Positions 20,995 through 31,884 of a stretch of DNA of 64,000 nt are shown here, in pieces. Position 1 is the first letter of the stretch, and each line of letters opens with the position of its first letter. Under the pieces are notes generated by a model, which saw only the letters and a list, made by a program, of their open reading frames with translations, was not told the origin of the DNA and did not search any database. The stretch is from an uncultured bacterium. Its GTDB lineage: Bacteria; Zixibacteria; MSB-5A5; GN15; FEB-12. The stretch covers positions 32,001 to 96,000 of the forward strand of contig CBDVDR010000003.1 of NCBI GenBank assembly GCA_965372795.1, given 5' to 3'. A program made the position numbers and the translations under genes.

Positions 20995-22667
20995 ACAGGT
21001 TTCGCAGGGGGGACCATCACCGATTTTTCACGTTCAACCGTTACCAGTCCCGGTTTTGCCTTGCGTGGTTTCCGAACATATTTACGTTCACAATAAATAA
21101 CCGGCACCAGCGAATTTTTTCTGGCTTTGCTGTAAAAGGCTGCTACCGATGCGGTTTCTTCGATTTCAAGTTTTGATGGTACAAACGACTTATTGGGAAA
21201 TTTCAAAACAACGTGCGATCCTGGGCATTGCTGGGCATGAAACCAAAGTTCATACGGTTTGGCAAAATCAAAAGTTGTCCGGTCGTTGTCGGAACCATCC
21301 CGCCCGACAAAGATAGTTGCTCCGGTGGTCAGCTTGTACTCTTTGTAAGGAAGCCGAACGGCTGTTGGTACTAATTGAGTTCCAGCTTCTTTTGGTAAGA
21401 GAGATTGTATCTCCTGATTATATTTCATTGAAGCATTTTCAAAATTATCATCAAGCTCAGAATACATGGTCTGTAAATTTATTAATTCGCTTGAGGAAAT
21501 TTCCAATCGTCTTTGAAGCAGTTCCAGTCCTTCACGACCTTTGCGATGTTTCTTAAAATATCGCTCGGCATTTTCCGCCGGAGTCAACGCCGGTTCCAGC
21601 TTGATTTCGATTTGTATCTGAGGTTCGACAAAAATATCCTCTAAGATTATTTTGTCATTTCCCTTTTTGATATCATGAAGATTTATCTGAATCAGTTCAC
21701 CGATCTTTTTAAATTTCTCAAAATGGGTTGCTTCACCAACATCGACTTCAATTTTCTTAACTCGCCGGTCGAGTTTTTTGATCTGCCTCTTAACAGCACT
21801 CATTAGATCTTTGCGAACATCACGTTTCTCAACCGATGTCTGTCGCTGATTCACCATTGCCATCATAGCTAATGAAAGGGTCTTGAATTTCTCCGGTTGA
21901 CTATCTACTGATGTTAGCTTAAACGGATAGGCTTCAAAATTGCCATTAAAATTATAGAGGTACCCGGTTTCGGCTTGTTGAAACAATTTGCAGAGACTCT
22001 TAAATGAATCTAACAAAGTAACGAAGTTCCCCGGTTCTAATTCATCGACATCCAGAAGTTTGAGCCCGGCTCTTTGAACGATTTCTTCTGAGAGGGAACG
22101 GTTGAACCCGATAAGATTTTTTTCAATAATCCAGCTAATTTGACTTTCGGGAAATTTTTCAAAAAGCTCAGCCAATGATTCATTTGTAAGATCAGCCGGG
22201 TTAATTCTGTTTTTGGGAGGTAGAAAACTATAAACCTCTTTTTCGATATAATCCCGTTTTCTCAAAGTTGCGTTTCGATACAAATTTTCATCAAGCAGCC
22301 ACAAATTTCCGTTGGGACCGATACCTTCACAGATCAGAAAAGATTTTTTATTATTAGAAGATAACTCAATTTTAAAAATCCGATCAAAACCGACCTGTTC
22401 GATATTTTCAATAATTGCGCCTTCAAGTCTGAAAATCGGCCAGGGTTTTTCACGGGTGGTCAGTTTGATTTTCGAGGCCGGCACACAGTAAAGTCCATGT
22501 CCGGTAGGATGATATGAAAATGCCAGGGCATTGGTTTTTTTATCATTTTTTATGAAAAAATACGCTGTTCGTTCTTTTTTATAAAACTCAGTTGATACAA
22601 TTTTGCCGCCAATCAGTTCGCTTTTTAACTGTTCAACTAATGCTGTTATGTGAAACGCTGTTTGCAT
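20991..22667 (-). CDS. rqcH: NFACT/RqcH (FbpA-like) ribosome quality-control factor
   Basis: FDRIF, ENAERYFKK, VGRDGSDND, WFHAQQCPGSHVV, YVRKPRKAKPGLV. Confidence 0.9.
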   Translation of the reverse strand: MQTAFHITALVEQLKSELIGGKIVSTEFYKKERTAYFFIKNDKKTNALAFSYHPTGHGLYCVPASKIKLTTREKPWPIFRLEGAIIENIEQVGFDRIFKIELSSNNKKSFLICEGIGPNGNLWLLDENLYRNATLRKRDYIEKEVYSFLPPKNRINPADLTNESLAELFEKFPESQISWIIEKNLIGFNRSLSEEIVQRAGLKLLDVDELEPGNFVTLLDSFKSLCKLFQQAETGYLYNFNGNFEAYPFKLTSVDSQPEKFKTLSLAMMAMVNQRQTSVEKRDVRKDLMSAVKRQIKKLDRRVKKIEVDVGEATHFEKFKKIGELIQINLHDIKKGNDKIILEDIFVEPQIQIEIKLEPALTPAENAERYFKKHRKGREGLELLQRRLEISSSELINLQTMYSELDDNFENASMKYNQEIQSLLPKEAGTQLVPTAVRLPYKEYKLTTGATIFVGRDGSDNDRTTFDFAKPYELWFHAQQCPGSHVVLKFPNKSFVPSKLEIEETASVAAFYSKARKNSLVPVIYCERKYVRKPRKAKPGLVTVEREKSVMVPPAKPV

Positions 22668-22863
22668 GGCGGAAATATACGAAAAAGAAATACTTATAAA
22701 AGCTCAAATAAGCCAATTTTTTGCAACTAATAGATTGTTATATTCGTTTAATTAATAGAGCCTTTGATGTGGAGGCTTGATGAAGTTAGGGTTAGTACCT
22801 ACTCTCATTGAGACGATGGAGCACGGATGATTCATCGTCTCAAAGTTATTTTCTTAAACTAAG

Positions 22864-22893
22864 AAACGGCGAGCAAGGATGCTTGCCGTTTTT
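22864..22893. terminator. Terminator-like hairpin downstream of fumC (possibly bidirectional)
   Basis: AAACGGCGAGCA-agga-TGCTTGCCGTTT. Confidence 0.7.
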
Positions 22894-22907
22894 ATTTATT
22901 CAAACTA

Positions 22908-24299
22908 TCAAGCTTTTGGTCCGATCATATTTTCCGGACGAACAAATTTATCAAAATCTTCTTCAGTTAGAAGCTTAAGTTCAACAGCCGCCTGTTTCAA
23001 AGTTGTACCGTCAGCATGAGCTTTTTTTGCAATTTTAGCCGCATTGTCATATCCGATATGCGGATTTAAGGCTGTGACCAGCATCAAAGAGTTTTCAAGA
23101 TTCTTTTGAATGTTCTTCAAATCCGGTTCGATTCCGACCGCACAGCGATCATTGAACATATCGCAGGAATCAGCAATTAGTCTGATTGATTGTAACAAAT
23201 TATAAGCCATCACCGGTTTGTAAACATTCAACTCAAAATTACCGGAAGCCCCGCCAAAATTAACAGCAACATCATTGCCGAAGACCTGAGCACAAACCAT
23301 CGTCATAGCTTCCGGTTGGGTCGGGTTGACTTTACCCGGCATAATTGATGAACCCGGTTCATTGGCAGGAATAGAAATTTCGCCGATTCCACAACGGGGA
23401 CCAGATGCCAGCCAGCGGATATCATTGGCAATTTTCATCAAAGAGGCTGCTATTGTTTTCATTATTCCGGAGGCTTCTACAATAGCATCATGGGTGGCAA
23501 GTGATTCAAATTTGTTGGGTGACGTGACAAAATTTAATCCGGTGATATTAGCAATCTGAGCGGCAACCTTTTTGGCAAAATCTGGATGAGTGTTCAGTCC
23601 GGTTCCAACTGCTGTTCCGCCGAGGGCGAGAGGGTAGAGTCTGACCAAACAACTATCAATGCGGTCAAGTCCCAAAGTCAACGCTTCAGCATAACCAGAA
23701 AATTCCTGACCAAGCGTTAATGGGGTAGCATCCATCAGATGAGTGCGTCCGATTTTTATAATATCTTTGAAATCTTCAGATTTATTCTGGAGCGTATCGC
23801 GAAGTTTGGTAATCATCGGTATCAATCGGCGATGGATCTCTTCAACCGGGGCAACATGCATCGCTGTTGGGAAGGTATCGTTCGATGATTGAGCTTTGTT
23901 GACATCATCATTGGGATGAATCGGTTTTTTACTGCCGAGTTCACCACCGGCAATTTCAATTGCCCGATTAGCGATGACTTCGTTGGTATTCATATTAGTC
24001 TGGGTGCCGGAACCGGTCTGCCAGACAACGAGTGGGAAATGGTCATCAAGTTTTCCATCGATAACTTCATCAGCGGCTTGAACGATAAGATCGCCTTTTT
24101 CTTTGGAAAGAGTTCCCAGCTCCATATTTACCAGAGCCGCAGCTTTTTTGACGATTCCCATTCCGCGGATAATTTCACGAGGCATGGTTTCGGTGCCGAT
24201 TTTGAAATTTATCAATGAGCGAGCGGTTTGACATCCGTAATATTTATCAGTTGGGACCTGCATTTCGCCCATAGTATCAGTTTCAATCCTGTAATCCAT
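22908..24299 (-). CDS. fumC: Fumarate hydratase class II
   Basis: [29 protein letters not shown] signature; ATG 24299 with GAAGGA RBS. Confidence 0.97.
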   Translation of the reverse strand: MDYRIETDTMGEMQVPTDKYYGCQTARSLINFKIGTETMPREIIRGMGIVKKAAALVNMELGTLSKEKGDLIVQAADEVIDGKLDDHFPLVVWQTGSGTQTNMNTNEVIANRAIEIAGGELGSKKPIHPNDDVNKAQSSNDTFPTAMHVAPVEEIHRRLIPMITKLRDTLQNKSEDFKDIIKIGRTHLMDATPLTLGQEFSGYAEALTLGLDRIDSCLVRLYPLALGGTAVGTGLNTHPDFAKKVAAQIANITGLNFVTSPNKFESLATHDAIVEASGIMKTIAASLMKIANDIRWLASGPRCGIGEISIPANEPGSSIMPGKVNPTQPEAMTMVCAQVFGNDVAVNFGGASGNFELNVYKPVMAYNLLQSIRLIADSCDMFNDRCAVGIEPDLKNIQKNLENSLMLVTALNPHIGYDNAAKIAKKAHADGTTLKQAAVELKLLTEEDFDKFVRPENMIGPKA

Positions 24300-24420
24300 A
24301 ATATATCCTTCCAATTTTCTGTTTTAACAAATCAAGAAAAGAATATAACTACTTCTCAAATGATGGCAAGATGATTTAAATAAAAGGATTTGATTGATGG
24401 GTAATATTGTCTGGTATTAT

Positions 24421-24449
24421 AAAAAACCCCTCAGCTAATGCCAAGGGGT
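24421..24449 (-). terminator. Intrinsic terminator after RRM gene
   Basis: ACCCCT...AGGGGT stem followed by a T tract on the minus strand. Confidence 0.6.
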
Positions 24450-24472
24450 ATATATTGATAAGGTCGTATTGC

Positions 24473-24754
24473 TTAGTAGCGACCGCCGCCACCGCCACCA
24501 CCGCGATTATCGTCGCGTGGGCGAGCTTCGTTTACGCGCAGGCTTCTACCGTGAAAATCTTTTCCATTGGTTTCTGCAACAGCCGTTGCTCCGGCTGTAT
24601 CATCAGTCATTTCAATAAAACCAAAGCCACGGGATTTACCGGTCATGCGATCGATAACTATTTTAGCTGAAGTTACTTCGCCGTAACCTCCAAACAATTC
24701 ACTTAAATCATTTTCGCTTACTTCAAAAGCGATGTTTCCTACATAAATATTCAT
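24473..24754 (-). CDS. RRM (RNP-1) RNA-binding protein with Gly-rich tail
   Basis: RNP2 IYVGNI, RNP1 RGFGFIEM, LRVNEARPR, GGGGGGGRY. Confidence 0.95.
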   Translation of the reverse strand: MNIYVGNIAFEVSENDLSELFGGYGEVTSAKIVIDRMTGKSRGFGFIEMTDDTAGATAVAETNGKDFHGRSLRVNEARPRDDNRGGGGGGGRY

Positions 24755-24928
24755 CTTAAAAGACTCCGTATAAAAGTTAAAATTAAAAGTGACAAATTAA
24801 AAACACCAACTACAAATAAGTCCTCCTCACAAACCCTTCAGTTCTAATAGAAATCCCGTTTCCGGCGCGAGGAAAACTTGTAGATTCAACCAGAACACAA
24901 CTGTAAAAATCATAAAACGCCAATATGA

Positions 24929-26497
24929 TCAATCCTTTTCGTTTTCAGAAATTTGCAACAATATTTTTGAAACCGGTACGGTGCCTTCTTTAGTATCTTT
25001 CATCTGAGGGAAAAACAAAACGTCCCGGATTGAATGCTGATTAGTCAGCAGCATAATAAGGCGATCAACCCCGAAGCCTAATCCGCCGGTCGGCGGCATG
25101 CCATAGGCTAGGGCAGTGATAAAGTCATCATCCAAAGGCTGAGCCTCTTCATCACCGGCTTTAATCGCTCGACCTTGTTGTATAAAACGATCAAGCTGAT
25201 CAATCGGATCATTGAGTTCACTAAAAGCATTACCCATCTCCTGATTGGCAATGAAAAGTTCGAACCTTTCGGTAAGTCCTTTTTTAGTGCGATGCATTTT
25301 GGCAAAGGGAGATATTTCGACCGGGAAATCACAGACAAATGTTGGTTGAATCAGAGTTGGTTCAACAACAGCTTCCCAAACAGCTTCTACTACTTTACCC
25401 CAGTTAATTAAACTGTCTTCATCAATACCGAGTTTCAAATCTTTAACTTTCTTTTTTGCCTCTTCATATGACAAGTCATTAAAGTCGATGTTGGTTTTTT
25501 CTTTGATGGAGTCAATCATCGGCAGCCATGCAAACGGTTTTTCAAAATCTATTTCGTGTTCGCCGAATGTGATTTTGTAAGTACCGTAAAGTTCAAAAAC
25601 GACTTTGCGAAGCATATCCTCAAACAAGGCAGCTATATCTTTATAGTCGGCAAAAGCCCAGTAAAGCTCCACCATGGTGAACTCGGGATTGTGAAGTCGG
25701 TCCATGCCTTCGTTTCGGAAATCTTTACATAATTCCCAAACTTTATCATATCCTCCAACGATCAACCGTTTGAGATAAAGTTCGTCAGCGATGCGTAAAT
25801 ACATTGGAATGTCAAGGGTATTGTGGTGTGTTGCAAAGGGTTTCGCTAATGCTCCACCATACATCGGCTGTAAAATAGGAGTTTCAACTTCAAGAAATCC
25901 ATGATTGTTCAGATAATTCCTGATAGACTGGACAATTTTTGTCCTTTTAATAAAAACTTCGCGGACTTCCGGATTTACAATTAAATCGGCATACCGGCGG
26001 CGATATCGTTGTTCGATATCAGTTAATCCGGAATGTTTATCAGGCAGGGGATGAAGGGTCTTTGTTAACAATTGCAATTTTGAGATACGAAGAGTTTTTT
26101 CACCCATTTTGGTTATGAAGAGAGTACCTTCACATCCCACAATATCACCAAGATCAATCGAGTTAAACAGATTGAACAACTCTTCACCAACAACATCTTT
26201 TCTGACATAGATCTGGATTCTATTAGAGCTGTCATGCAGATCAGCAAAGAAAGTTTTGCCCATTTTTCGTTTGAGCATAATTCTACCGGCGATTGTGACG
26301 GCAGTTTCTTTTTCAGAAAAAGAATCAAAATTTTCCAACAGTTCATTGATTTTGTGGGAGCGATCAAAACTGTAGGGATAGGGGTTAATCCCTTGTTTTT
26401 TTAATTCTAAAACTTTGTCTCTTCTGATTTTAATTAAATCAGCCAGAGGTATTTGTATCTGATCTTCCTGTGTATTTTTATTGTTCATAAAATTCAT
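24929..26497 (-). CDS. lysS: Lysine--tRNA ligase class II
   Basis: YRRRYADL, YLRIADELYLKRL, FRNEG, GMPPTGGLGFGVDRL. Confidence 0.97.
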   Translation of the reverse strand: MNFMNNKNTQEDQIQIPLADLIKIRRDKVLELKKQGINPYPYSFDRSHKINELLENFDSFSEKETAVTIAGRIMLKRKMGKTFFADLHDSSNRIQIYVRKDVVGEELFNLFNSIDLGDIVGCEGTLFITKMGEKTLRISKLQLLTKTLHPLPDKHSGLTDIEQRYRRRYADLIVNPEVREVFIKRTKIVQSIRNYLNNHGFLEVETPILQPMYGGALAKPFATHHNTLDIPMYLRIADELYLKRLIVGGYDKVWELCKDFRNEGMDRLHNPEFTMVELYWAFADYKDIAALFEDMLRKVVFELYGTYKITFGEHEIDFEKPFAWLPMIDSIKEKTNIDFNDLSYEEAKKKVKDLKLGIDEDSLINWGKVVEAVWEAVVEPTLIQPTFVCDFPVEISPFAKMHRTKKGLTERFELFIANQEMGNAFSELNDPIDQLDRFIQQGRAIKAGDEEAQPLDDDFITALAYGMPPTGGLGFGVDRLIMLLTNQHSIRDVLFFPQMKDTKEGTVPVSKILLQISENEKD

Positions 26498-26542
26498 ATA
26501 CTCCGAGAATGTGTCTACAGGTTAATACCGGGTCCTTGCTGC

Positions 26543-27067
26543 TTATGAGAATTTTTTCTTTAAGGCACGTTTAACACATACCGGTACAAGACCGGTAAAA
26601 TCTCCTCCATTGCGGGCCACATCTTTAACCAAGGTAGAGGAAAGATAGACCCAGGATAGGGAAGGCATTAGAAAAACGGTCTCTACATCCCGAGCCAGTT
26701 TGCGATTCATTAAAGCCATCTGAAATTCATATTCAAAATCTGATACAGCTCTCAGCCCGCGAATAATGGCGTCAGCTTTAAGCTGTATGGCTAATTCGGC
26801 TAACAAACCATTGAACCCAACAACTTTTATATTTGATTTTAAGGATAATTTTTTAATTGATTCGTTCATCAACATCAAACGTTCTTCAAACTCAAGCAGA
26901 GGAGTTTTGTCAACGTTTTGAGCAACAGCAACGACAAGCTCATCAAATAACCCGCCGGCTCTTTCAATTAGCGATATATGCCCGTTTGTGACCGGATCAA
27001 AGGTGCCAGGGTAAATCGCTTTTGTTTTTCTTATGTTCTTAACCAAAGAATTAAAACCAATCAACAA
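26543..27067 (-). CDS. coaD: Phosphopantetheine adenylyltransferase
   Basis: YPGTFDPVTNGH, IRGLRAVSDFEYE, SSTLVK. Confidence 0.97.
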   Translation of the reverse strand: MLIGFNSLVKNIRKTKAIYPGTFDPVTNGHISLIERAGGLFDELVVAVAQNVDKTPLLEFEERLMLMNESIKKLSLKSNIKVVGFNGLLAELAIQLKADAIIRGLRAVSDFEYEFQMALMNRKLARDVETVFLMPSLSWVYLSSTLVKDVARNGGDFTGLVPVCVKRALKKKFS

Positions 27068-27108
27068 TTAAAAACTAAACATACATATTGAGCCATATTT
27101 TTGCAAGC

Positions 27109-27969
27109 TTATTCGACACTTAACCCCAAAGAAATTAGATAGTTATGAATCGGAATTTTATTAATTTGGCTTGGGTCAGTGAAAAAACCGCTGTTAATTT
27201 TTGGTTGAGCTATTTCGATGTTAAAATACTTTTGCATTGCAATAATCAGGTTCTGATCAGCTTTTTCACCGGTAATATTGAGAGTTGAAAGAGGAAGTGT
27301 GATCCCTTTTTCAAAGATAGAGGCTAATTTAAAATTGATAATGGTTTTGAATTCAAGAGCAAATTTGTCAGGGAAATCATCTTTTTCCTGATCCAGATTA
27401 TTTATATCAAGGTAAGTCAATTCGATAGGTTGGGATTTATAAATAAAACAAATCGAAATAATCGAGTTACTTATATCAGCCAAGCAGATAAGATCACCGG
27501 CATCACGGTGGCAAAAAGCGATATATCCGTTTGCTAAAGCCAAAGACCGCAAGCAATATTTTAATTTTTTATTTTTAAGCAAGTCACTGTTGAATGATTC
27601 GGAAATGTTTTCAAGTGAATTTTTCCTGACAATATATCCCAGGATATCGTTATCATAAGCAGTGTTGATAGTTTCAAATTGGAAATTAGATTCATCCTCA
27701 AGCAATGATTGGATCATCTCAAATTTTCCCAGCTCGTTTTTATTATACTGTGCATCCTGTGGGACATAAATATGTTTAATCATTGCCAATTCATCAGAAA
27801 TCCCAATGACAATATCACCATTTTCAAGCAGCCGGTGTTCAAGGGGGAATTCTCTTTTGAGGCGAATCAGAGCTTTAATTTCCGGGCGGGCGACGCCGTT
27901 TTTTACCCGGGCAGCATAGATCAGGTCATCTCGGAGATCAAGACCGATTTTAACTATACTGCTGCTCAC
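27109..27969 (-). CDS. Hypothetical protein, degenerate PilM/GspL-like actin fold
   Basis: N-terminal KIGLDL, CLADIS, LNITGE and C-terminal YLISLGLS resemble PilM landmarks; overlaps the comEA stop. Confidence 0.5.
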   Translation of the reverse strand: MSSSIVKIGLDLRDDLIYAARVKNGVARPEIKALIRLKREFPLEHRLLENGDIVIGISDELAMIKHIYVPQDAQYNKNELGKFEMIQSLLEDESNFQFETINTAYDNDILGYIVRKNSLENISESFNSDLLKNKKLKYCLRSLALANGYIAFCHRDAGDLICLADISNSIISICFIYKSQPIELTYLDINNLDQEKDDFPDKFALEFKTIINFKLASIFEKGITLPLSTLNITGEKADQNLIIAMQKYFNIEIAQPKINSGFFTDPSQINKIPIHNYLISLGLSVE

Positions 27970-28337
27970 AGTTTATTTATTTTCAAATATGGTTTAATTT
28001 TTTCATACGATTTGGCGCCAATACCGTTTACTTCGGTTATATCAACTTTTTTCTCAAATCTGTTTTTTTGGCGGTAAGCAACAATGCGATCTGCCAGAGT
28101 TTTGCCGATACCGGGAATTAGCTCCAGTGAGTCAGCCGGGGCAGTGTTGGGATCAAGGACAAATATACCGGTAAATTCCTGATTGGCTTCATTGACCGTA
28201 ATATTAAATTTGGTTGGAATATTTGTTGGGACCGAGTTTGATTTTAACAGTAAATAACCGCCCATCAGTGTTGCAGTAATGCTTAGGGCAACAATAAATT
28301 TTAGCTGCCGGGCAGTGAAATCGAAAATTTGATTCAT
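27966..28337 (-). CDS. ComEA-like helix-hairpin-helix DNA-binding protein
   Basis: N-terminal TM; DPNTA..SLELIPGIGKTLADRIVAYR...EVNGIGAK. Confidence 0.88.
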   Translation of the reverse strand: MNQIFDFTARQLKFIVALSITATLMGGYLLLKSNSVPTNIPTKFNITVNEANQEFTGIFVLDPNTAPADSLELIPGIGKTLADRIVAYRQKNRFEKKVDITEVNGIGAKSYEKIKPYLKINKL

Positions 28338-28496
28338 AGTATAGTATGCTCCTGGGAATGAAAATAAGATTGGATAATCTAATTGTCAACTGGTGACATT
28401 AATTGAGTGAGAAATAATGGAAATAGCAAGCCATTCGATTTTGGAATAAATCAAGTGGCATAACTCAAAATAGCGAATTATGATTGTGATCAACTA

Positions 28497-29024
28497 TCAG
28501 TTATCGGAAGAATCAGGCAGAGGTAGAAATCTTCCGCAATCAGTCAAATATTGCATTATCGATGTTTCAGGTTGATCAGATATAGCAGCCAGATCGGATA
28601 ACGCTTTTTTGCTGTAGATTCCGAATAGATGTTTTTTGTTTTCGTCTTCTTTATCGGGCACTAAATAGCCCAGAAACGGCTCACCCTGATAGTTTTTGAT
28701 CAAATTAACCGGCCAGTCGAGTGGAAAATCAAAGATATCACTGGAACCGATGAAAACAGCATCGGATTTAGCATCTTCCAAAGCCGCTTCAAGGCCGACT
28801 GAGAAATGTTTTTTCTCATTTTGATCAAGAACATAGGGATAATTAAGATAATGCTCGTGGGCTTGGTCTTTTTTGATAACCAGCTTGACCTTATCGAAAA
28901 TTTTGGCGTAATGCCGATAGCCGGTTTCAAGGCGGGTAAGGTCACCTAATGGTGAAAAATCGTCCTGGTGGTTTTTTCCTCCGGCGAGGATATAGCAGTT
29001 CATTGTTTTGAATTGCTCAGTCAT
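28497..29024 (-). CDS. Degenerate MobA-like NTP-transferase-fold protein
   Basis: CYILAGG, VGLEAAL, VFIGSSD, HLFGIYSK; lacks the SRRMG motif. Confidence 0.6.
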   Translation of the reverse strand: MTEQFKTMNCYILAGGKNHQDDFSPLGDLTRLETGYRHYAKIFDKVKLVIKKDQAHEHYLNYPYVLDQNEKKHFSVGLEAALEDAKSDAVFIGSSDIFDFPLDWPVNLIKNYQGEPFLGYLVPDKEDENKKHLFGIYSKKALSDLAAISDQPETSIMQYLTDCGRFLPLPDSSDN

Positions 29025-29190
29025 AAGGAAATAGTACTCCCTTTGATATTTTGGTGATTGGTGAGGATTTTAGATTTCGGATATTTTGCATTCCAAAAGT
29101 CAACAAACGACCTTTTTTATGATTAATGCAACCAAAATTTGAATGTAGACAAGAACTTTTAGGATTATTTTAGATGATACGGCAGGGTGG

Positions 29191-29763
29191 TCACTTCTCT
29201 AAATCTTCAGTCTCATGAACCGTACCGGAAGCATTCAAAATTTTAAAAGGGAAAAGGTCCTGATCAGCTTCAAGTCCGTAGCCTTGAGCGTCAATGACAC
29301 CTTCTTTTGTGATCTTAACAAATTTATCGGATTCGATTTTTCGGGTTTTTGAACTCCAGGACAAATATTCGGTCTCCAATTTCATCGAATCAGTAGAAAT
29401 TACGACCACATTACCAAAGAGCTCAAGCCGTCCTCTTTTCTCATTTATCAGCCCGGAATCGCCAACAATCGTACTGGATAATTCACCAAGAGAATCATAA
29501 ACAATCGCATCAACCTGGTATGCCATGGTGGAATCAATTTTTTCAAATTTAATTATTTTGCCGGTTTTGATTTTTGCAGTTTTACGACTGCCATCATAGA
29601 TATAGGTCGTGGCGCCCATAAGTTCCGAATCAGGGATTAATGTGGAATCGATTTCAACCGGAGGAAATTCAATTTCAGTTTTTTCAGAACAACCGGATAT
29701 AAAGATCAGGCATAGAAGAATAAAATTTATAAAGTATTGATAATTGTTCATAACAAATATCAA
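29191..29763 (-). CDS. lptC: LPS export periplasmic protein LptC
   Basis: ISGC lipobox-like, LELFGNVVV, LETEYLSW, IESDKFVKI, GYGLEAD. Confidence 0.85.
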   Translation of the reverse strand: MIFVMNNYQYFINFILLCLIFISGCSEKTEIEFPPVEIDSTLIPDSELMGATTYIYDGSRKTAKIKTGKIIKFEKIDSTMAYQVDAIVYDSLGELSSTIVGDSGLINEKRGRLELFGNVVVISTDSMKLETEYLSWSSKTRKIESDKFVKITKEGVIDAQGYGLEADQDLFPFKILNASGTVHETEDLEK

Positions 29764-29826
29764 AGACGGATTTATGGCTTAAAAGTCAAGTGATTTATAG
29801 CGTTAGATGTTAGTGAATGGTTGATA

Positions 29827-29853
29827 AAGTCGAAACCGGTACGGTTTCGACTT
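29827..29853 (-). terminator. Hairpin terminator after PilX-like gene
   Basis: AAGTCGAAACCG-gta-CGGTTTCGACTT. Confidence 0.7.
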
Positions 29854-29876
29854 ATTTGAATTATTAAAGAATATTT

Positions 29877-31505
29877 CTATAGACCTACAAATTTCTGTTT
29901 CCATCCGACACTTTGAAAATAATCAATCATTGGGGTTGCCGGAGGATGATTGGCAGGGTTTTTTAAATCCATATCAAAAGCCCAGTCACGCACCGGTGGT
30001 TCATAGCAATTAATAGACCATTCTGAAGTGGCTTGTTTGGATCTCCAGAGACAGATAAAAGATCCTCTTAAAGTTAAGACCGCCGGATCCCAATATTCAA
30101 GGAAACGAGGTAAATTTTCAATTCCCCCGCCATAGCTTCCTGCACTTGGCGCTACATCACCGGTAATAAAACAAACGTTGATGTTGGTACTGTTGGCAAC
30201 TCTTTGATTTTTAGGAAGGTCACTCAGAGTATCATCCCAATTATCAGATAAAATCGTCAAGGCATCAGTAAGAATAGCTGCTGGCTTTTTAAGAGTGTCG
30301 TTATAACTTCCTACGGTATAAACAGGATTATAGCTGGCGATTGTTAAAGGAGCAAATAGTTCATGACCGTTTGATATTCGTAATGCAGGCCAGTGACCAC
30401 CTAACGGCTTATCATAAAAGTACAGAACTCCGTTTGTCGGCCAATAGCCTTTGCTTGAAAGTTTTGCCATATCCAATTCCATAACATCAACCCAGACATC
30501 TTCGCGGTCGTCATAAAACTGATCGTCATTGAATACTATAACACTATCATCAATCATATCCACGGTAACATCAAGCCATATACCACCGCCTAAATCTCTG
30601 AAGGCCGTTTGATTTTTAAATTTGATAGTCGCTATATTTTCATAGGAATCATCATTACCCAGCGCAGGCTCTAGCATAGAGTACGGATTATTTACGTCCG
30701 TAATCGGCAAATTTAATCGCTTTATTCCAAACGCCTGGTCTTGTACTTTACCACCCCATAAAGCACCTGCCTGATTATACCAATCCGGATGGGTTGCATC
30801 CAGCCAGGTACCGCCTTGATTCATTGATTGGTACAGTCCGACACGATCTTTTATATATACATCAGCAGTAGCTGTACCGGCATATTGTCCGTGAATTAAT
30901 CCATGGTAGATACTTCCGGCCGAGGTTAAATAGCTATCAATTCTTAATTGAGTAAAAGCTTGCAGATGAATATTACCATTTGAATGAACTCTTCCATTTA
31001 AAGCCATGTTTGGCTTTGGAGTTGCTTGAAGGTCATTTTCATAAAAAACAGCAAATTGATATATAGGAATTTGCATGGGTTGAAAATCCTGAGTGATTTG
31101 GATTTTCGCTTTTTCAATTTCATTGATTGCGGTCGATACTAAAGTAAAAGTTCTTACCGATGCATGTAACCCGGCAAAGACTCCGGACTTTAACACTTTT
31201 TCTACTACCGGACCGATATCGGATGTTTCAAAAGTTACAAAGCATTTATTCATTTCAAAATTACCGCTTGGTGATTCTTCAGGTGGTTTTCCCGTACTAT
31301 CATAGGCTGTTTGTATTATTGAGGTTGCTATATCCAGTCCTGATTCAGCGGCATAAAATGCACGGTATTCCTGCAGTTGATTAGCAGCAATTTGAACTTC
31401 ATCATCTGAAGTCGTTAAGGCTGCTAACCCGATTAAAGTAAGCATTCCAACCATAATCAATGCAATCATTGTTGCAAGCCCACTTTGTGATTTGATTTTA
31501 TTCAT
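29877..31505 (-). CDS. PilX N-terminal-domain (minor pilin-like) protein
   Basis: Prepilin-like KSQSG|LATMIALIMVGML and RAFYAAESGL; GRVHSNGNI; GGIENLPRFLEYW. Confidence 0.8.
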   Translation of the reverse strand: MNKIKSQSGLATMIALIMVGMLTLIGLAALTTSDDEVQIAANQLQEYRAFYAAESGLDIATSIIQTAYDSTGKPPEESPSGNFEMNKCFVTFETSDIGPVVEKVLKSGVFAGLHASVRTFTLVSTAINEIEKAKIQITQDFQPMQIPIYQFAVFYENDLQATPKPNMALNGRVHSNGNIHLQAFTQLRIDSYLTSAGSIYHGLIHGQYAGTATADVYIKDRVGLYQSMNQGGTWLDATHPDWYNQAGALWGGKVQDQAFGIKRLNLPITDVNNPYSMLEPALGNDDSYENIATIKFKNQTAFRDLGGGIWLDVTVDMIDDSVIVFNDDQFYDDREDVWVDVMELDMAKLSSKGYWPTNGVLYFYDKPLGGHWPALRISNGHELFAPLTIASYNPVYTVGSYNDTLKKPAAILTDALTILSDNWDDTLSDLPKNQRVANSTNINVCFITGDVAPSAGSYGGGIENLPRFLEYWDPAVLTLRGSFICLWRSKQATSEWSINCYEPPVRDWAFDMDLKNPANHPPATPMIDYFQSVGWKQKFVGL

Positions 31506-31540
31506 AATTTGGATTCTCCAAAATAAAGACGTTGGTTAAA

Positions 31541-31567
31541 TTATCGACATTTATATAATTATCTTAA
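31541..31567 (-). promoter_or_regulatory. Sigma28 (FliA/WhiG)-like promoter
   Basis: Minus strand TTAAGATA-N11-GTCGATAA versus consensus TAAAGTTT-N11-GCCGATAA, 36 nt upstream of the ATG. Confidence 0.45.
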
Positions 31568-31884
31568 TTATAAAAATATCGACTGTTATTATCCAGTATG
31601 GTTGTTTTCAATGACTTAGGGTGGTTTTGGTGTTGTTTAGGCTAATTAAAGTAGAGCTGATTAGTAAATGAACTAATCGGTGTTGGGCAGTTATATTAAC
31701 TATATTGGTAAATACCTGAGGCAATTAAATATGATTACACAGAAAAATTGAAAAATAGATTATTTGTCTTTATAACATTTGTCGCTTGAGATCATTTGAT
31801 ACGTCAGAAAATAACTTACGAAGTTTATAGAAATATATTATAATAGACCACAAATATTATTACGAGGTATGGTTTAGCTCTGCT

